34,893 nucleotides of DNA from contig CAZCBD010000002.1 of the NCBI GenBank assembly GCA_964496755.1, positions 1-34,893 on the forward strand, read 5' to 3'. Positions 7,923 to 16,879 of this stretch are shown piece after piece. The stretch is from an uncultured Melioribacteraceae bacterium (GTDB lineage: Bacteria > Bacteroidota > Ignavibacteria > Ignavibacteriales > Melioribacteraceae). A program made the position numbers and the translations under genes. Below the pieces are notes generated by a model. It searched no databases, had not been told where the DNA came from, and saw only the letters and a program-made list of their open reading frames with translations. Positions within the stretch are counted from its first letter, which is position 1, and every line of letters begins with the position of its first letter.

Positions 7923-9143
7923 TTATTTGTGTAAAATCGGGTTATTTACGGTGCCAATAAATAAAATTGTGTTAGTTGTATTTTCTTTTATCACAAAAAT
8001 AAACGGTTTATTAAAATTAACGGTTTTATCGCCAACAGCTGTTCTAACAAAACTAATCTGAGTAACCGCCGAAGCTTCCGTTCCACTTTCATTAATCGTA
8101 ATTGCCGCTTTATGCATTATTTTATCGATCATTATATTTTCACCAATTCCGGTAAAATCGGCTTTGGAGGTAAATGCATCAGTTATTCCCAATGAACTCA
8201 ACAATTCTATAAGTGATTTTGAATATACAAAATTAAATTTCGGTAAAAATAAATTTATTTTATCTTTTTTAAAATTACCGAAAAAAAGGTTTAAATTTTC
8301 GGAATTAATGTATTCTATTACTTGTTGTGTGGAAAAATCGTTATTTGGTAATAACAAAATCATTGAAAACATTTTGTTTCCATAAGGCAACTCAACCCCT
8401 CGAAATATATTTGTTTCTGCATATTTTAATGTATCCTTTTTATGCATATAAGTTACAGTATCCTTAGTATTAATTGCTGTTGTAAACACATTTTTAAGGT
8501 TATTTTCCGAATTAAACTCCTTGGTCCATTCGGATTTAAAATAAATCGCATTTAAAAGCATTAACACAATATTATTCGGTTTATACTCAACCATCTTCTT
8601 TATTTGACTATTTGTTTTTTCTTTTACCCAATTATTTATTTTATCAAATGAACTTGGCAATGCAAAGTCTACTACAGAACATTGCGCATCAAAATATTTT
8701 TTTGTTGAATCAATAAAAGCTTGTTTAATTTTAAAATCATTATCAACCCACGCCGAATTTGCTATTTGTAAATTTACAAGGTTATCCATATTAGTTAGAG
8801 TATGAATCAATTTTTTGCTTGTCAAATTTATTTCATGTTGAGAAAAAGTAGTTAACCCCAAAGTGTTTTTAATTTGGGAATATGTTGAATTTTTAGCTCC
8901 GTTAAGTACCATTCCCAAAGCCGTTGATATACTTAAGGGTGAAATGATTATATTTTTTGTTCGTTCGGTTTCATTAATTTTTAAAAATAATTTAATTCCG
9001 AAATTTTGTGATATAGCCAGCACCTCTTTTTGCAAAGAAGAAAATTCGGGTTTCGAACTTGAGTTCGGAGTAATGGAATTTTCACACGATATTGATATAA
9101 ATACTATAACCGATATTAACAAATAAAATATTGCGCTTTTCAT
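7923..9143 (-). CDS. Serpin-family serine protease inhibitor, probable lipoprotein
   Basis: 406 aa. Serpin hallmarks: NIIISPLSISTALGMVLNGAKNST, LLNAIYFKSEWTKEF, LPKFNFVYSKSL, the hinge/reactive-centre loop INESGTEASAVTQISFVRTAV, and C-terminal FNKPFIFVIKE...ILFIGTVNNP. The N-terminus MKSAIFYLLISVIVFISISC has a Cys at the end of the h-region. Confidence 0.9.
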   Translation of the reverse strand: MKSAIFYLLISVIVFISISCENSITPNSSSKPEFSSLQKEVLAISQNFGIKLFLKINETERTKNIIISPLSISTALGMVLNGAKNSTYSQIKNTLGLTTFSQHEINLTSKKLIHTLTNMDNLVNLQIANSAWVDNDFKIKQAFIDSTKKYFDAQCSVVDFALPSSFDKINNWVKEKTNSQIKKMVEYKPNNIVLMLLNAIYFKSEWTKEFNSENNLKNVFTTAINTKDTVTYMHKKDTLKYAETNIFRGVELPYGNKMFSMILLLPNNDFSTQQVIEYINSENLNLFFGNFKKDKINLFLPKFNFVYSKSLIELLSSLGITDAFTSKADFTGIGENIMIDKIMHKAAITINESGTEASAVTQISFVRTAVGDKTVNFNKPFIFVIKENTTNTILFIGTVNNPILHK

Positions 9144-9267
9144 TATTGCCCCTAAATATTTTCTCTTAACAAAAAAAATATAATTTTTTAATAATACTTA
9201 TTCAAGTGTTGATAATATGAAGTTTATTAACGAAATTTAAGCAGATAAAAATATCCGATTAAAAAAA

Positions 9268-9705
9268 ATGACAGTTATATTTTCAAAAAAATGCGAGCTG
9301 GGTTTACAAGCCGTTCTGTTTTTATCCGTTCAGGAAAAGGACAAAAAATACTCGGCTACTGCAATATCAAAAGCAATTAAAGCACCTAAAGAATTTGTTT
9401 CGAAAGTTTTACAGGAGCTGGCTCAAAAAAAAATTGTCGGTTCAAAAAAAGGAAAAAACGGCGGATTCTATTTGGGAAAAGCTGCAACTGAAATAAGATT
9501 AATCGATATAGTTGAAGCTATAGACGGATTAGATATTTTTCATTGTTGTGTGCTTGGTTTTCCGGGATGTGGAACCGGCAATCCTTGTCCGGTACACAAT
9601 GTTTGGGGACCAATTCGTGAAAGAACCTTTAAAATGTTAAGCAATGAAACTTTAGATAAACTAGCAAAGAAAACAAAAAACAAACTTGCAGATTACATTC
9701 CCTAA
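9268..9705 (+). CDS. Rrf2-family transcriptional regulator with IscR-like Cys3-His putative Fe-S ligands
   Basis: 145 aa. The N-terminal wHTH resembles Rrf2 proteins (SKKCELGLQAVLFLS...ISKAIKAPKEFVSKVLQELAQKKIVGSKKGKNGGFYL). The cluster C93/C94-x6-C101-x5-C107-x2-H110 (nt 9544-9597) matches the IscR C-x5-C-x5-C-x2-H spacing apart from a one-residue-longer first gap. Confidence 0.85.
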   Translation: MTVIFSKKCELGLQAVLFLSVQEKDKKYSATAISKAIKAPKEFVSKVLQELAQKKIVGSKKGKNGGFYLGKAATEIRLIDIVEAIDGLDIFHCCVLGFPGCGTGNPCPVHNVWGPIRERTFKMLSNETLDKLAKKTKNKLADYIP

Positions 9706-9733
9706 TGCTATCAACAATTCAATCCATATTTAT

Positions 9734-9776
9734 CTGTAGTTAAACTGCGTTAATTAAATATTAAGCTACAGTTTTA
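9734..9776 (+). terminator. Possible weak terminator after the Rrf2 gene
   Basis: ctgtag(ttaa) at 9734-9743 pairs with (ttaa)g-ctacag at 9761-9771, with one bulge and a 17-nt loop. It is followed by tttt. The large loop and AT-rich lower stem make this tentative. Confidence 0.3.
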
Positions 9777-9782
9777 CAAAAT

Positions 9783-10580
9783 TCAGCATTTTAATAAACG
9801 TCTGCAATTTTCTTCCACATAAATTTTTTTCTTAATAATACTACCCTTTTTTCTAATTCTTTTAATGGTAACCCAAATTGCCAAACCAATAGTTGCAAAA
9901 CGAAAAATATTAGACAAAAGTACACCCGCAGCATCTACCGAACCGGTTTTAAAAAGCATCCAATATAAATTCATTAAAACATGCATTCCAATGGGTATCC
10001 AAAGATTATAATCCCATTCAACAAACAGCCAAGCAAAGAAAATACTACCTAAAAAAGTAATTCCGAAAATACTAATTGCCCCGATAAGGTTGATTGCTTG
10101 ATAAAGATGAAGCAATCCGAAAACAATTGCAACAATCACACTTGCCGAAATAAAATTAAGTTCTACTTTTTGATAAAGAATACCAAACAAAAATGCTCTA
10201 AACAATATTTCTTCGCTAATGCCGGCTTCAACTGCATATAATAATATTTTTTCAAAGGTTACATCTGAATTTATTTCGGAAAAAATAAAATAACCTATTA
10301 ACATCGGAGATGTAAAAAGGAAAGTATATTTTAATGCTAAAAGGAAATTTTTTCTTAATCCCAAAAAATCTATTGGTATTATTTCAGGCGTTGTAAAAGT
10401 GATTATTACTTGTACTGCAATAATTGATAACATTGTTTTAAAAAACAAAGCTATACCGAATCTAAGATTACCTGTTCCTATTAAAAACGGATAATCAAAT
10501 AATTTCCAAGAATTATAAATTAAAAAAAACAAAGTTACTGTTAACAATGTAAAAGCAATCTTGTGATAAATGGTTTTCAT
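9783..10580 (-). CDS. CPBP-family (CAAX/Abi-type) intramembrane metalloprotease
   Basis: 265 aa and polytopic. It carries the three CPBP motifs: EEILFRAFLFG (EExxxR), FGLLH (FxxxH) and HVLMN (HxxxN). It starts 21 nt downstream of uvrB on the same strand. Confidence 0.8.
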   Translation of the reverse strand: MKTIYHKIAFTLLTVTLFFLIYNSWKLFDYPFLIGTGNLRFGIALFFKTMLSIIAVQVIITFTTPEIIPIDFLGLRKNFLLALKYTFLFTSPMLIGYFIFSEINSDVTFEKILLYAVEAGISEEILFRAFLFGILYQKVELNFISASVIVAIVFGLLHLYQAINLIGAISIFGITFLGSIFFAWLFVEWDYNLWIPIGMHVLMNLYWMLFKTGSVDAAGVLLSNIFRFATIGLAIWVTIKRIRKKGSIIKKKIYVEENCRRLLKC

Positions 10581-10601
10581 AACTACCCTAAAAAATTATG
10601 C

Positions 10602-12620
10602 CTATTTATTAATTAGAATTTTCATTTTTTCAATTTCATCCCTCAACGCAGCGGCCCTTTCAAATTCCAAATCTTTTGCTGCATTTTTCATTTCTTCGGT
10701 CATTTGTTCAATTAATTCCAATCGTTGTTCTTTAGTCATATACTTAATAACCGGTTCGGCAACTTTTGTAAAAGACGCCATTTCTTTTGAATCATCTTTC
10801 GTCCTGATATCCGCAATTGAAGTAGAGTGTAAAATTTCCTCACGTGTTTTATAAATTGTTTTTGGAGTTATTCCTTTTTCTGTATTGTATTTTTCTTGTA
10901 ATGTTCTTCTTCTATTTGTTTCGTCGATTGTTTTTTTCATCGACTTTGTAATTTTGTCTGCATACATAATTACTTTACCGCCGGCATTTCTTGCTGCCCT
11001 TCCGGCAGTTTGAATAAGCGATCTTTCGCTTCTTAGAAATCCCTCCTTATCGGCATCAATTATAGCTACTAACGAAACTTCCGGTAAATCAAGTCCTTCG
11101 CGCAAAAGATTAACACCAACCAATACATCAAACTCACCCATCCTTAAATCACGAATAATTTCCACTCTTTCCAAAGCATCGATATCGCTATGAATATATC
11201 TTACTTTGATATTTAATCTGTCAAAATAATCGGTTAAATCTTCAGCCATTTTTTTTGTGAGAGTAGTAACTAATATCTTTTCCTTTTTAGGAATTCTCAT
11301 TTTTATTTCGCCGATTAAATCATCGATTTGCCCGTTAATAGGCCGCACAATAATTTGCGGATCAAGTAATCCTGTCGGTCTGATAATTTGTTCTACATAA
11401 CTACCACCGGATTTTTGCAATTCATAGTCACCGGGAGTAGCACTAACATAAATTACATTATTAGTAAGTTTTTCATACTCCTCAAATTTTAAAGGTCTAT
11501 TGTCAAGTGCCGAAGGCAACCGAAAACCGTGTTCAACTAATGTTAGTTTCCTTGACCTATCCCCATTATACATTCCTCTTATTTGAGGAACCGTAACATG
11601 CGATTCGTCAATAATCAATAAGTAATCTTTCGGGAAATAGTCAAAAAGGCAATGTGGCCTTGAACCTGGAGAACGATTTTCCATGTGGCGAGAATAATTT
11701 TCTATTCCGGAGCAATAACCTAATTCTTTCATCATTTCAATGTCATAAAGAGTGCGTTGCTCAAGTCTTTGTGCTTCAAGATATTTTTCGTCTTTATAAA
11801 AATAATCTAATCGTTCTTTCAATTCTTCTTTAATTGTTTGAATCGCTTTTTTTACTTGATTTTCGGATGTAACGAAATATTTTGCGGGATAAATTGGAAT
11901 TGAATCAACCTCACGAATTACTTTTCCGTTCATTGCATCAATAACAGAAAGCTTTTCAATTTCATCACCCCACATTTCAATGCGTACAGCTTCCTCATAT
12001 TGATAAGCAGAAATAACCTCAATTACATCGCCACGGGCTCGGAAAGTTCCTCTGGTAAAGTCAATATCATTTCTGGTATAATAAATATCTACTAATTTTC
12101 TAAGTAACTCTTTACGTTGAATTTCCATTCCCTTTTTAAGAAAAAGAATTTGACGTGCATATTCATCCGGAGCACCAATTCCATAAATACAACTAACCGA
12201 CGCAACAATGATAACATCGTTTCTCCCTTCAATCAGCGAAGTGGTTGCTTTTAATCGAAGTCTATCAATTTCCTCATTTATAGCAAAATCTTTTTCAATG
12301 TATAAATCGCTTTTTACAACATATGCCTCGGGTTGATAATAATCGTAGTAACTGATAAAAAACTCAACGGCATTTTCCGGAAAAAAGGTTTTTAACTCAG
12401 CATAAAGTTGTGCAGCAAGAGTTTTATTGTGGGAAATAACAAGGGTCGGTTTATTTACTTTAGCAATAACATTAGAAATAGTGAATGTTTTTCCACTACC
12501 TGTTACCCCTAAAAGCACCTGATGCTTATCATTTTTTTCTATGCCTTCAACCAACTCTTTTATTGCATTGGGTTGATCTCCGGAAGGTAAATAGTTTGAT
12601 ATTAAATTAAATTTTCCCAA
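10602..12620 (-). CDS. uvrB: Excinuclease ABC subunit B
   Basis: 672 aa. Evidence includes [16 protein letters not shown], Walker [15 protein letters not shown] ([11 protein letters not shown]), helicase motifs, and the C-terminal UVR domain ([17 protein letters not shown]). The apparent start is TTG, with GAGGA ~9 nt upstream. Confidence 0.97.
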   Translation of the reverse strand: MGKFNLISNYLPSGDQPNAIKELVEGIEKNDKHQVLLGVTGSGKTFTISNVIAKVNKPTLVISHNKTLAAQLYAELKTFFPENAVEFFISYYDYYQPEAYVVKSDLYIEKDFAINEEIDRLRLKATTSLIEGRNDVIIVASVSCIYGIGAPDEYARQILFLKKGMEIQRKELLRKLVDIYYTRNDIDFTRGTFRARGDVIEVISAYQYEEAVRIEMWGDEIEKLSVIDAMNGKVIREVDSIPIYPAKYFVTSENQVKKAIQTIKEELKERLDYFYKDEKYLEAQRLEQRTLYDIEMMKELGYCSGIENYSRHMENRSPGSRPHCLFDYFPKDYLLIIDESHVTVPQIRGMYNGDRSRKLTLVEHGFRLPSALDNRPLKFEEYEKLTNNVIYVSATPGDYELQKSGGSYVEQIIRPTGLLDPQIIVRPINGQIDDLIGEIKMRIPKKEKILVTTLTKKMAEDLTDYFDRLNIKVRYIHSDIDALERVEIIRDLRMGEFDVLVGVNLLREGLDLPEVSLVAIIDADKEGFLRSERSLIQTAGRAARNAGGKVIMYADKITKSMKKTIDETNRRRTLQEKYNTEKGITPKTIYKTREEILHSTSIADIRTKDDSKEMASFTKVAEPVIKYMTKEQRLELIEQMTEEMKNAAKDLEFERAAALRDEIEKMKILINK

Positions 12621-12765
12621 AATTCTTTTTCCTCTTAACTTTAAAAATAAGCATTTTTTTCAATTTTTATTGATAAAAACGAAAATAAGAGACCCGATTC
12701 TTTTTAACTTCACTTTAAAATTAATAAATTTAGTAATTAGAAATTATTTAATTGAGGAAGTAAGA

Positions 12766-13605
12766 ATGAGAAATAAATTCCTGATTTCTTTTTTGATTTT
12801 TTATTCAATTTTATTTGCGCAGAAAAAAGATTCAACATTAAACAAATGGATTCCATCTTTTGTAGCGGGAATTAATATTAGTCAAGTTTCATTTACCAAT
12901 TGGGCAAAAGGTGGAGACAATTCTTTAAGTTGGACTGTAACAGGTGATTTTGGTTTAACTTTCAAAAGTGAAAAATGGATGATTAGAAATAGACTAACAG
13001 GGAAATTTGGCAGAACAAAACTTGGCGATACCGATTTAAGAACAACAGCCAATGAAATATTTATGGAAAATGTTTTCTCTCTGAATATCGGTTGGTCCGT
13101 AAATCCGTTTATTAGTAATCAATTTCGCACTCAAGTAACAGTAGGTTATAATTATAAAGTTAATCCTGCAGAAAAAATAGCTAACTTCTTCGATCCCGGA
13201 TACATAACTCAATCACTTGGTTTTACTTATGATAAAGCAAAAAATATTAGAACCCGTTTAGGTATTGCTATTCAAGAAACTTTCACAAAAGAATTTAAAA
13301 AATATTCGGATGATCCTACTACTACAGACATTGAGAATTTCAAATTTGAAACCGGAATGGAAACAGTAACCGACGCCAAATTTCAGATAGCTGAAAATTT
13401 GAAATGGATAACAAAACTACGCTTATTTACCCGATTTGAAAATATTGATGTTTGGGATGTGAGATGGGATAACACTTTTACCGGCAAAGTAAACTCTTGG
13501 TTAAGTGTTAAATTGGATTTTATTTTATTGTATGAAAAAGCTCAATCACTTAGAACACAAATGCAACAAGCCTTACAATTAGGAATCGTATATAAATTTA
13601 TTTAG
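12766..13605 (+). CDS. Secreted outer-membrane-type protein, DUF3078-like
   Basis: I chose the start at ATG 12766 (MRNKFLISFLIFYSILFA|QKKD) because GAGGAA lies just upstream and this Met begins a clean signal peptide. The ORF-track start at 12670 adds 32 non-signal residues. NISQVSFTNWAKGGDNSLSW, alternating beta-strand-like segments and a C-terminal aromatic (YKFI) resemble what I remember of Bacteroidota DUF3078 proteins. The family name is from memory. Confidence 0.6.
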   Translation: MRNKFLISFLIFYSILFAQKKDSTLNKWIPSFVAGINISQVSFTNWAKGGDNSLSWTVTGDFGLTFKSEKWMIRNRLTGKFGRTKLGDTDLRTTANEIFMENVFSLNIGWSVNPFISNQFRTQVTVGYNYKVNPAEKIANFFDPGYITQSLGFTYDKAKNIRTRLGIAIQETFTKEFKKYSDDPTTTDIENFKFETGMETVTDAKFQIAENLKWITKLRLFTRFENIDVWDVRWDNTFTGKVNSWLSVKLDFILLYEKAQSLRTQMQQALQLGIVYKFI

Positions 13606-13613
13606 AGGATTAA

Positions 13614-14036
13614 ATGTCGATAAAAGAAATAGAAAATCAACTTGTAGAAGAATTTAAAAATATTGAAGATTGGGACGAACGATATGCAAAAATAATAAAA
13701 ATGGGAAGAGAACTTGATAAATTTCCGGAAGAGTATAAAACTGATAAGAATAAAATTGACGGTTGCCAATCGCAAGTTTGGATGCATGCAAAACTTGAAA
13801 ACAATAAAATATATTTTTGGGCCGATAGCGATGCAATGATCGTAAAAGGATTAGCTGCCTTAATCCTTAAAGTATATTCCGGCCAAAATATTGATGACAT
13901 TATTAATACTCCTCCGGATTTTATTTCTAAAATCGGTATTGACGGACATTTATCGCCAACACGGAAAAACGGCTTGGGAGCAATGCTTAAACAAATAAAA
14001 ATGTACGCAATAGCATTTAAAGCTTTAAATAAATGA
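13614..14036 (+). CDS. sufE: SufE/CsdE-family sulfur acceptor protein
   Basis: 140 aa. The signature around the active Cys is KIDGCQSQVWM. The overall length and the pattern (ERYAKIIKMG...) are typical of SufE. Confidence 0.85.
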   Translation: MSIKEIENQLVEEFKNIEDWDERYAKIIKMGRELDKFPEEYKTDKNKIDGCQSQVWMHAKLENNKIYFWADSDAMIVKGLAALILKVYSGQNIDDIINTPPDFISKIGIDGHLSPTRKNGLGAMLKQIKMYAIAFKALNK

Positions 14037-14186
14037 TTTAAAGATCTTTTTTTGAGAGATTTTTTATAATTGGAAAAAGACAAATAGTTTTTATATTTTT
14101 AATTTCCCCCTGCCAAGAAATAGTAAGTTAACTTGAAACATATTAAGGCTTTATAAGTCTAATACAAAAAAACGGGAAACTAAAAT

Positions 14187-15512
14187 ATGAGTAAAAATCT
14201 ATTTGCAACCATTGTAGAAAAACTTTTTACAAATCTTAATAATTCCAAATTACCTCCAATCTTAAAAAATAAAATTGCACTTGTAATAATAACTGCCTTA
14301 ATATTTTTTGCAATTGTTTTTATTTTTTCGGGAGTAACCGGCGATAACGAAAATATTTTAACTTATAAAGTTAAGCGCGGAAATTTTTTGGTTTCAATTA
14401 TCGAAAGTGGTGAAATAAAAGCTAAACAGTCTAATGTTATTTCAGCACCAAGAGTTAGAGGACAACTTAAAATCACTTACATGATTACTGAAGGTTCCTA
14501 CGTAAAACCCGGTGATCTTATATTAAAATTTGATCCGTCCGAAGCTAATACAAAATTATTTCAAGCTCAATCACAATTGGATTTGTCTCTTTCGGAAAAA
14601 AGAAAATTATTAGCAAACCAAAAATCTTCAATTGCAAAAATGGAATCAACATTAAAAAGCGCAAAACTGAATTTCGAGCTTTCAAAATTAAATTTAACAC
14701 AAATGAGATTCGAAGCGGAAGCAGCTCAAAAAAAAGCACAATTACAATTTCAAAAAGACAGCTTAAGTTATATTCAGACTTTGCAAGATTACAAATCGCA
14801 GAAAATTATTAGACAATCTGAGCTTGACAAAATGGAAATAGAAATTCAGCAAAAAAGAAGTGAATTAAAAAAAGCACAAAAGGATCTGAATTTATTGAGC
14901 ATTACAGCCCCGACCGAAGGCCTTATTGTTTATGAAAACAACTGGAGTACCGGCCAAAAATTTGCTGTTGGAGATCAGCCTTGGCGCGGACAAAGCGTAA
15001 TGACGCTTCCTGATTTATCTTTGATGCAAAGCCGAACCTATGTTAACGAAGTTGACGTAAGTAAAATTAAAAAAGGTCAACAAGTAATTGTTACTTTAGA
15101 CGCTTTTCAAGATACTTCTTTTGTAGGAACTATTTCGGAAATAGCACGATTGGGAAAGAAAAAAAACAAAAATTCGAACATAAAGGTTTTTGACATTACG
15201 GTTGATATTCAAGGTAAATCGGAATTATTAAAACCCGGAATGACTACCGGAAATAAGATAATAATAAACGAAATTCCAGATACTATTTTCATTCCGCAAG
15301 AAGCTGTATTCGAAAGAGAAAACAAACACTTTGTATTTGTTAAAAACGGAAGCAGCTTTGACGAAAGAGAAGTAATCGTAGGATCAAAAAGCGAGGATTA
15401 TATTATTATTGCAAAGGGTTTAACCCCCGGTGAAGTAGTGGCTCTAAGTGATCCGACCTCAGAGGATGAAAAAGCTAACAACCAAATTTCCGTATCGGCA
15501 GCGGGGAAATAA
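14187..15512 (+). CDS. HlyD/MacA-type periplasmic adaptor (membrane fusion protein) of a tripartite efflux pump
   Basis: 441 aa. It has an N-terminal membrane anchor, a lipoyl-like segment (VKPGDLILKFD), a long coiled-coil hairpin, then beta-barrel segments (ITAPTEGLIVY..., VTLDAF...FVGTISEI). Confidence 0.85.
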   Translation: MSKNLFATIVEKLFTNLNNSKLPPILKNKIALVIITALIFFAIVFIFSGVTGDNENILTYKVKRGNFLVSIIESGEIKAKQSNVISAPRVRGQLKITYMITEGSYVKPGDLILKFDPSEANTKLFQAQSQLDLSLSEKRKLLANQKSSIAKMESTLKSAKLNFELSKLNLTQMRFEAEAAQKKAQLQFQKDSLSYIQTLQDYKSQKIIRQSELDKMEIEIQQKRSELKKAQKDLNLLSITAPTEGLIVYENNWSTGQKFAVGDQPWRGQSVMTLPDLSLMQSRTYVNEVDVSKIKKGQQVIVTLDAFQDTSFVGTISEIARLGKKKNKNSNIKVFDITVDIQGKSELLKPGMTTGNKIIINEIPDTIFIPQEAVFERENKHFVFVKNGSSFDEREVIVGSKSEDYIIIAKGLTPGEVVALSDPTSEDEKANNQISVSAAGK

Positions 15513-15514
15513 TT

Positions 15515-16816
15515 ATGAATCATAAAGAATCTTTTACTATTGGATTTAAAGAATTGCTTTCTAACAAATTGAAAACAATTCTAACAATGTTAGGAATTAT
15601 TTTCGGAGTTGCATCGGTAATTGCTATGCTTTCCATTGGCGAAGGAGCACGACAAGAAAGTTTGGAGCAAATTCAATTATTAGGTACGAACAATATAATT
15701 ATAAAACAAAGCAGTGTTGGCGTTGAAAATGGTAAACAAGTAAAATCTTTTTCTGCCGGATTATCTTTGAAGGATATGCTTTCAATTAAAAAACTTATTC
15801 CCGGAATAGATACGGTTACTCCTCAAAAAGAAGCTGTTTTTAATGTATCCTATAAAGCTAAAACCGGAAACGTTAAAATTATTGCAACAACAGCTAATTA
15901 CCCATATACATATAATTCCAAAATCAGCATGGGGAAATTTTTTAGTAAACATCACAATGATGAATATGCAACTGTTTGTGTAATTGGAAGCGGAATAAAA
16001 AGCAAATTCTTTAAATTTGAAAATCCTGTAAATAAATCAATTAAAATAGGTGAAAATTGGTTTCATATAATTGGTGTTGTTGGTAAAAAAAATATTTCGA
16101 AAGGAAGTGAGCAATTAGGAGTTCGTAATTTTAACAATGAAATATATATCCCCTTACAAACTTTAACATGCAAAATGGATCTTGGTGAAGAAAGTCAAGC
16201 GGTTACCGGTTTCAGAATAGTTTTTGTTGGCAGCACCGGCAAACAAGATGCAAATATCGCCGAAAAGGACAAAATAAATTTGCTTACGGTAAAAGTAACT
16301 GATGATAAAAAGATCGGGCAAACAGCAACTCTAATTGAAAGAATATTAAATAGAAAGCATTACGGTACAAAGGATTATGAAATAATTGTACCCGAAGAAA
16401 TAATAGAACAAAAACAAAAAACACAAAATATTTTTAATATTGTTATGGGTGCTATTGCGGGTATTTCACTGCTGGTTGGTGGAATTGGAATAATGAATAT
16501 TATGCTTGCAAACATTATGGAACGAACTAAAGAAATAGGGATAAGAATGGCAATCGGCGCTACAAAAAAAGATGTACTTTATCAATTTTTATACGAAGCA
16601 ATTATTATTAGCGTAATCGGCGGTTTAATAGGCGTCTTTCTTGGTTTTGTTTTAACTTCGTTAATTACAACTTATGCCGAATGGAAAACTATCATTACAC
16701 CAACATCGGTAATATTGGCATTTACTGTTGCAGTAGCTACAGGAATAGGTTTCGGAAGCTATCCCGCAAAAAAAGCCGCTGAAAAAAATCCGATTGAATC
16801 ATTAAGATATGAGTGA
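15515..16816 (+). CDS. MacB/FtsX-type ABC transporter permease (no fused ATPase domain)
   Basis: 433 aa. The N-terminus ELLSNKLKTILTMLGIIFGVASVIAMLSIGEG is the typical first TM of MacB-type permeases. A large periplasmic domain follows. The C-terminal FtsX region reads GGIGIMNIMLANIMERTKEIGIRMAIGATKKDV. The start is 2 nt after the adaptor gene stop. Confidence 0.85.
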   Translation: MNHKESFTIGFKELLSNKLKTILTMLGIIFGVASVIAMLSIGEGARQESLEQIQLLGTNNIIIKQSSVGVENGKQVKSFSAGLSLKDMLSIKKLIPGIDTVTPQKEAVFNVSYKAKTGNVKIIATTANYPYTYNSKISMGKFFSKHHNDEYATVCVIGSGIKSKFFKFENPVNKSIKIGENWFHIIGVVGKKNISKGSEQLGVRNFNNEIYIPLQTLTCKMDLGEESQAVTGFRIVFVGSTGKQDANIAEKDKINLLTVKVTDDKKIGQTATLIERILNRKHYGTKDYEIIVPEEIIEQKQKTQNIFNIVMGAIAGISLLVGGIGIMNIMLANIMERTKEIGIRMAIGATKKDVLYQFLYEAIIISVIGGLIGVFLGFVLTSLITTYAEWKTIITPTSVILAFTVAVATGIGFGSYPAKKAAEKNPIESLRYE

Positions 16817-16879
16817 TTTAAGTTTCAAATATTTTTTGTTAAATTAAATCATTATTTGTAAATAAATAATTGAGGGAAA

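Noticed and set aside
9783-10580. CPBP/'Abi' protease as abortive-infection or bacteriocin-immunity module
   Set aside because: The 'Abi' name is historical. There is no adjacent bacteriocin, toxin or phage-related gene. It simply follows uvrB by 21 nt.
10570-10854. 94-aa plus-strand ORF overlapping the 3' end of uvrB and the start of the CPBP gene
   Set aside because: It is antisense to the unmistakable uvrB UVR-domain region and has no RBS or motif support.
12670-12765. Upstream TTG start for the DUF3078-like gene
   Set aside because: ATG at 12766 is preceded by GAGGAA and begins a textbook signal peptide. The 32 extra residues would bury it.
13637-14083. 148-aa minus-strand ORF (and 13602..13787, 13654..13836) antisense to sufE
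   Set aside because: sufE on the plus strand has the diagnostic GCQSQVW motif. The antisense ORFs are low-complexity and have no recognisable features.
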